This document shows positions 16,340 through 20,000 of a stretch of DNA of 20,000 nt, piece by piece. The notes beneath the pieces were generated by a model that saw nothing but the letters and a program-made list of their open reading frames with translations, had not been told where the DNA came from and did no database searches. Every line of letters begins with the position of its first letter. Position 1 is the stretch's first letter. The translations under genes were made by a program, and so were the position numbers. The stretch lies in sequence record DRR723986_4969; one strand, 5' to 3'.

Positions 16340-17254
16340 ATGAGTGACGCTCCAGGCATCGATGTTTTCGAGACGGTACGCCCGAAGCTGATGGGGCTGG
16401 CCTATCGCATGCTCAGCTCCATGGCAGATGCCGAGGATGCGGTGCAGGACACATACCTGAAGTGGCAATCCACGGACCGTGCCGGCATCCTGAATCCGGA
16501 AGCATTCCTCACCACGGTCTGCACCAATTGCTGCCTGGACACTCTCAAGGCCGCTCACAGGAAACGGGTCGACTATGTCGGCCCGTGGATCCCCGAACCG
16601 CTTCAGTTCGAAAGTGGCTCGGACCCGGAGACCGACCTGGACAGGGCACAATCCCTGACGACGGCGTTCCTCCTGCTGCTGGAGCGCCTCAGCCCGAAGG
16701 AGCGCGCCGCCTACCTGCTGCGCGAGATCTTCGCAAAGCCGTATGACGAAGTTGCCGAAACTCTGGGGGTTACCGAACAGACCTGCCGCCAGTTGGTGTC
16801 CCGGGCAAGCAGACATGTGCAGGGTCCGACCTCCCGTTTTGTTCCTCCGGCCGATCATCAGGACCGGATCCTGTCTGCCTTTCTCACCGCTATTGAAACA
16901 GGGTCCACGGACCACCTGACGGGCCTTCTCGCCGAAACCGTACAACTCCAGTCCGATGGTGGCGGCAAGGCAACGGCCATGAGCCGGATCCTGGAAGGCG
17001 CGGACGAGGTCGCTCGCTACGCGGTTCTTATTCTTGGCCGCCTCTGGGAGCCCTGCCAGATCAAGATACTGGATCTGAACGGCACACGTGGCCTCGTCAT
17101 GTTCTACGGCGATGAGATCGTGACAGCCGTGATGTTCGCCTATGACGCCGATGGGCGGCTGGAGCGTATCTACAACATGCGCAATCCGGACAAGCTGGCA
17201 CGCCTGAAGGTAAAGCTGCGCCACGACCGGTCTTCAGGCGCTATCTGGCACTGA
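16340..17254 (+). CDS. ECF41 (SigJ-like) RNA polymerase sigma factor with C-terminal SnoaL-like extension
   Basis: LAYRMLSSMADAEDAVQD, linker YVGPWIPEP, LERLSPKERAAYLLREIF, SDGGGK, NPDKL signature. Confidence 0.92.
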   Translation: MSDAPGIDVFETVRPKLMGLAYRMLSSMADAEDAVQDTYLKWQSTDRAGILNPEAFLTTVCTNCCLDTLKAAHRKRVDYVGPWIPEPLQFESGSDPETDLDRAQSLTTAFLLLLERLSPKERAAYLLREIFAKPYDEVAETLGVTEQTCRQLVSRASRHVQGPTSRFVPPADHQDRILSAFLTAIETGSTDHLTGLLAETVQLQSDGGGKATAMSRILEGADEVARYAVLILGRLWEPCQIKILDLNGTRGLVMFYGDEIVTAVMFAYDADGRLERIYNMRNPDKLARLKVKLRHDRSSGAIWH

Positions 17255-17299
17255 TAATTCGGCGCTTTACGGCTTAAAATATGATGTAGCAGGCCTGAA

Positions 17300-17352
17300 A
17301 TGTGTCGGTTTCGACACATCCGGTTTGATGCCATGTGTCTGACTCGACCCAT
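17300..17352 (+). promoter_or_regulatory. Tandem upstream activator sequences, putative DctD binding sites
   Basis: ATGTGTCG-gttt-CGACACAT (17300-17319) and a degenerate copy ATGTGTCT-gact-CGACCCAT (17333-17352), 33 bp apart, about 90-140 bp upstream of the sigma54 site. Confidence 0.75.
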
Positions 17353-17437
17353 AAACGAAAGTCTCTCCCGACCAGGTTCATTTGAAACTTTTTGTTAACC
17401 TGCAGAAATCGGCGCTTTTTGTTGCTCTTCCGGCACT

Positions 17438-17452
17438 TGGCACGGACTTTGC
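17438..17452 (+). promoter_or_regulatory. Sigma54 (-24/-12) promoter of dctPQM
   Basis: TGGCACG-gact-TTGC, GG-N10-GC spacing exact. Confidence 0.88.
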
Positions 17453-17527
17453 CAATAGGGTGCCGACCAGCCACCACGCTGTCCGGCCCGAATGGCCGTC
17501 ATACTGAAATGTCTGGGAGGACATCCG

Positions 17528-18535
17528 ATGAAAAAATTCGCTCTCGCCGCAGCTACCGCGGCGTCTCTGGCCCTGTCTGCAAACGCTTATGCGGCTGACG
17601 ATTGCAATGACGGTGAAATCGTCATCAAGTTCAGCCACGTGGTTGCCGCAACCGGCCACCCGAAAGGCGACGCTGCCACGCTGCTGGCGGAACGCGTCAA
17701 CGACGAGATGAACGGCAAGGCCTGCATGCAGGTGTTCCCGAACTCTCAGCTGTTCGACGACGACAAGGTAATGGAAGCTCTTCTGCTCGGCGATGTTCAG
17801 CTTGCTGCGCCGTCGCTTTCCAAGTTCGAAGCCTACACGCTGAAGTTCCGCCTGTTCGACCTGCCGTTCCTGTTCCAGGATCTGGACGCCGTCGAGCGCT
17901 TCACCACCGGTGAAAACGGCAAGGAACTCCTGAACTCCATGACCGACTACGGTTTCCAGGGCCTCGGCTACTGGAGCTCCGGCCTCAAGCAGTTCTCCGC
18001 CAACAAGCCGCTGCTGGTTCCGGACGACGCAAAAGGCCTGAAGTTCCGCGTGCAGACCTCTGACGTGGCTGTTGCCATGATCGAAGCCATGGGCGCCAAC
18101 GCTCAGAAGCTCGCCTTCAAGGAAGTCTACGGCGCACTGCAGACCGGTGTTGTGGACGGTCAGGAAAACTCCTGGTCCAACATCTACACCCAGAAGTTCT
18201 TCGAAGTGCAGGACGGCATCACCGAAACCAACCACCAGCTGCTTGCTTACCTGCTCGTCACTTCCGACGAGTGGCTGGACAGCCTGGACCCGGAAGTTCG
18301 TGACCAGTTCCTGACCATCGTGGAAGAAGTCACTGCAACCGCAAACGGTAACGTGGCAGCTGCTGAAGCCAAGAACCGCCAGAACGTTCTGGATGCCGGT
18401 TCCACCATTCGTGAACTGACGCCGGAACAGCGCAAGGCATGGGTTGGCGCCATGAAGCCGGTTTGGGACAAGTTTGAAGGCGATATCGGTAAGGACCTGA
18501 TCGACTCCGCCGTCGCTTCCAACAACGCCAGCTAA
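17528..18535 (+). CDS. dctP: C4-dicarboxylate TRAP solute-binding protein
   Basis: Signal peptide MKKFALAAATAASLALSANAYA; IKFSHVVA, HPKG, VFPNSQL, FDLPFLF, GLKFRVQ, ALQTGVVDGQEN; SD GGGAGG. Confidence 0.93.
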   Translation: MKKFALAAATAASLALSANAYAADDCNDGEIVIKFSHVVAATGHPKGDAATLLAERVNDEMNGKACMQVFPNSQLFDDDKVMEALLLGDVQLAAPSLSKFEAYTLKFRLFDLPFLFQDLDAVERFTTGENGKELLNSMTDYGFQGLGYWSSGLKQFSANKPLLVPDDAKGLKFRVQTSDVAVAMIEAMGANAQKLAFKEVYGALQTGVVDGQENSWSNIYTQKFFEVQDGITETNHQLLAYLLVTSDEWLDSLDPEVRDQFLTIVEEVTATANGNVAAAEAKNRQNVLDAGSTIRELTPEQRKAWVGAMKPVWDKFEGDIGKDLIDSAVASNNAS

Positions 18536-18557
18536 GGCTGACCTGAAACAACTCCTG

Positions 18558-18582
18558 GAAGGGCCGGATCGTCCGGCCCTTC
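18558..18582 (+). terminator. Intercistronic hairpin after dctP (partial terminator or mRNA-stabilising stem)
   Basis: GAAGGGCCGGA-tcg-TCCGGCCCTTC, 11-bp perfect stem between dctP and dctQ. Confidence 0.55.
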
Positions 18583-18660
18583 TGCCAAGGTCCCGCGGCC
18601 GCCCGCGCAACCATGCCGGCGGACACGCTGATAACCAAGAGGCCAATTCGGGGGAAACGC

Positions 18661-19281
18661 ATGCAACGCGTCGACAATTGGGTCACGCGCTTCGAGGAAG
18701 GTGTACTCGCCTTTCTCCTGGCCGCCATGACCATCGTATCCTTCACCCAGGTGGTGGCGCGATACGGCTTTAATTCCGGCTGGACCGGTGCCCTGGAATT
18801 CACACGTATCCTGTTCGCCTGGCTGATCCTGTTCGGCATGAGCTATGGCGTCAAAATCGGCTCGCATCTGGGCGTCGATGCGGTCATCCGCCTGTTTCCC
18901 AAGCCGGTGTTCCGGGCTGTTGCCGTATTCGGTGCACTCTGCGGCGTTGTTTATGCGCTGACGCTGCTCTGGTCGGAATGGCTGCACATCTTCGGTCTCG
19001 ATACCAGAGGCGGCGCGATCGACTACTGGTCCAAGATGTACAAGATCGGCATCGGCCTCGACGACTTGCGCTATCCCGACGCGATCATTGAAACCTTCGG
19101 CACGAAAGAGCGCGTTCAGCGCTGGATCGCTTATCTGATCCTGCCCATCGGCCTGTTCCTGTTCATGTTCCGCTGCATTCAGGCGGCCTGGCAGATCATT
19201 ACCGGCGAGCGCGAAATGATGATTGCCGCGCATGAGGCGGAAGACCTCGTCGCTGAAAACAAAGACGTCTTGAAGGACTGA
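18661..19281 (+). CDS. dctQ: TRAP transporter small permease
   Basis: FEEGVLAFLL, QVVARYGFN, ILFAWLILFG, HLGVD, four hydrophobic segments; lies between dctP and dctM. Confidence 0.9.
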   Translation: MQRVDNWVTRFEEGVLAFLLAAMTIVSFTQVVARYGFNSGWTGALEFTRILFAWLILFGMSYGVKIGSHLGVDAVIRLFPKPVFRAVAVFGALCGVVYALTLLWSEWLHIFGLDTRGGAIDYWSKMYKIGIGLDDLRYPDAIIETFGTKERVQRWIAYLILPIGLFLFMFRCIQAAWQIITGEREMMIAAHEAEDLVAENKDVLKD

Positions 19282-19291
19282 GGCCGGGGCA

Positions 19292-20000
19292 ATGGAAGCA
19301 GCAATTCTCTTCATTCTCGTCCTCGGCTTCTTGTTCCTGGGCGTTCCGATCTCCATTTCGCTCGGCTTGTCCAGCGTTCTGGCGATTGCCATCTTCTCCA
19401 ACGATTCAATCTCGTCGGTGGCTTTGCAGCTGTTCACGGCGTCGCAGAACTACACGCTCCTGGCCATTCCCTTCTTCATTCTGGCCTCGGCCTTCATGTC
19501 GACGGGCGGCGTTGCCAAGCGCATCATCCGCTTCTCGATCGCGTCCGTCGGTGCGATCCGGGGTGGGTTGGCGATCGCGGGCGTCTTTGCCTGCATGCTG
19601 TTCGCCGCGCTGTCAGGCTCCTCGCCCGCAACCGTCGTTGCCATCGGTACCATCGCCATCGCCGGCATGCGGCAGGCAGGCTACACGAAAGAGTTTGCCG
19701 CGGGTGTCATCGCCAACGCCGGCACGCTCGGCATCCTGATCCCGCCTTCCATCGTCATGGTGGTCTATGCGGCTGCAACCAACGTTTCCGTTGGCCGCAT
19801 GTTCCTTGCCGGTGTGGTTCCAGGGCTGATCGCCGGTCTGATGCTGATGATCGCCATCTATGTCATGGCACGCGTCAAGAACCTGCCGGCCCAGCCGTGG
19901 CCGGGCTTCAAGGAAATCTGGCATGCCATGATGGAAGCAGCCGTCGGCCTGTTCCTGATGGTCATCATCCTGGGCGGCATCTACGGCGGTATCTTCACCC
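19292..20000 (+). CDS. dctM: TRAP transporter large permease, 3' end runs off the window
   Basis: Absent from the ORF track; translated by hand: MEAAILFILVLGFLFLGVPISISLG...LLAIPFFILA...GGLA...FAALSGSSPATVVAIG...AGTLGILIPPSI...SVGRMFLAG...ILGGIYGGIFT. Confidence 0.93.
   Translation, partial: MEAAILFILVLGFLFLGVPISISLGLSSVLAIAIFSNDSISSVALQLFTASQNYTLLAIPFFILASAFMSTGGVAKRIIRFSIASVGAIRGGLAIAGVFACMLFAALSGSSPATVVAIGTIAIAGMRQAGYTKEFAAGVIANAGTLGILIPPSIVMVVYAAATNVSVGRMFLAGVVPGLIAGLMLMIAIYVMARVKNLPAQPWPGFKEIWHAMMEAAVGLFLMVIILGGIYGGIFT

Noticed and set aside
17381-17400. Possible IHF site between the UAS and the sigma54 promoter
   Set aside because: AT-rich and well placed, but only a loose match to WATCAANNNNTTR; not supportable from sequence alone
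10682-18646. Long antisense ORFs over modBC, dctB, dctD, the ECF sigma and dctP (e.g. 11175-12464, 14444-15808, 16301-17224, 17378-18646)
   Set aside because: All overlap strongly supported genes on the opposite strand and lack family motifs
1-20000. CRISPR arrays, tRNA/rRNA genes, IS elements or defence systems
   Set aside because: No spaced direct repeats, cloverleaf-like sequences, transposase or nuclease motifs were seen; intergenic gaps are short and mostly accounted for

Overview
GC-rich, gene-dense bacterial chromosomal segment. Gene content and style suggest an alphaproteobacterium, possibly Roseibium/Labrenzia-like (inference only). From left to right: (1) a minus-strand cytochrome P450 - 2Fe-2S ferredoxin - TRAP solute-binding protein operon, divergent from a LysR regulator; (2) a divergent pair of citrate-synthase-fold genes, one with the catalytic Asp replaced by Glu and the other fused to an N-terminal DNA-binding HTH, separated by a 76-bp spacer packed with TTGAT/ATCAA repeats; (3) rsgA with a hairpin-rich leader; (4) GNAT, ICL/PEP-mutase-family, PPOX-type flavoprotein, DUF1203 and second GNAT genes; (5) modBC without an adjacent modA; (6) the dctB/dctD two-component system; (7) a CMD/AhpD + ECF41 sigma cassette with a consensus ECF41 promoter; (8) the dctPQM TRAP operon with a sigma54 promoter and tandem enhancer palindromes. 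No rRNA, tRNA, CRISPR array or mobile element was seen. The best novelty candidate is the HTH-citrate synthase fusion with its Glu-variant partner and putative operator. The runner-up is the P450 carrying an Asn-Glu pair instead of the acid-alcohol pair.
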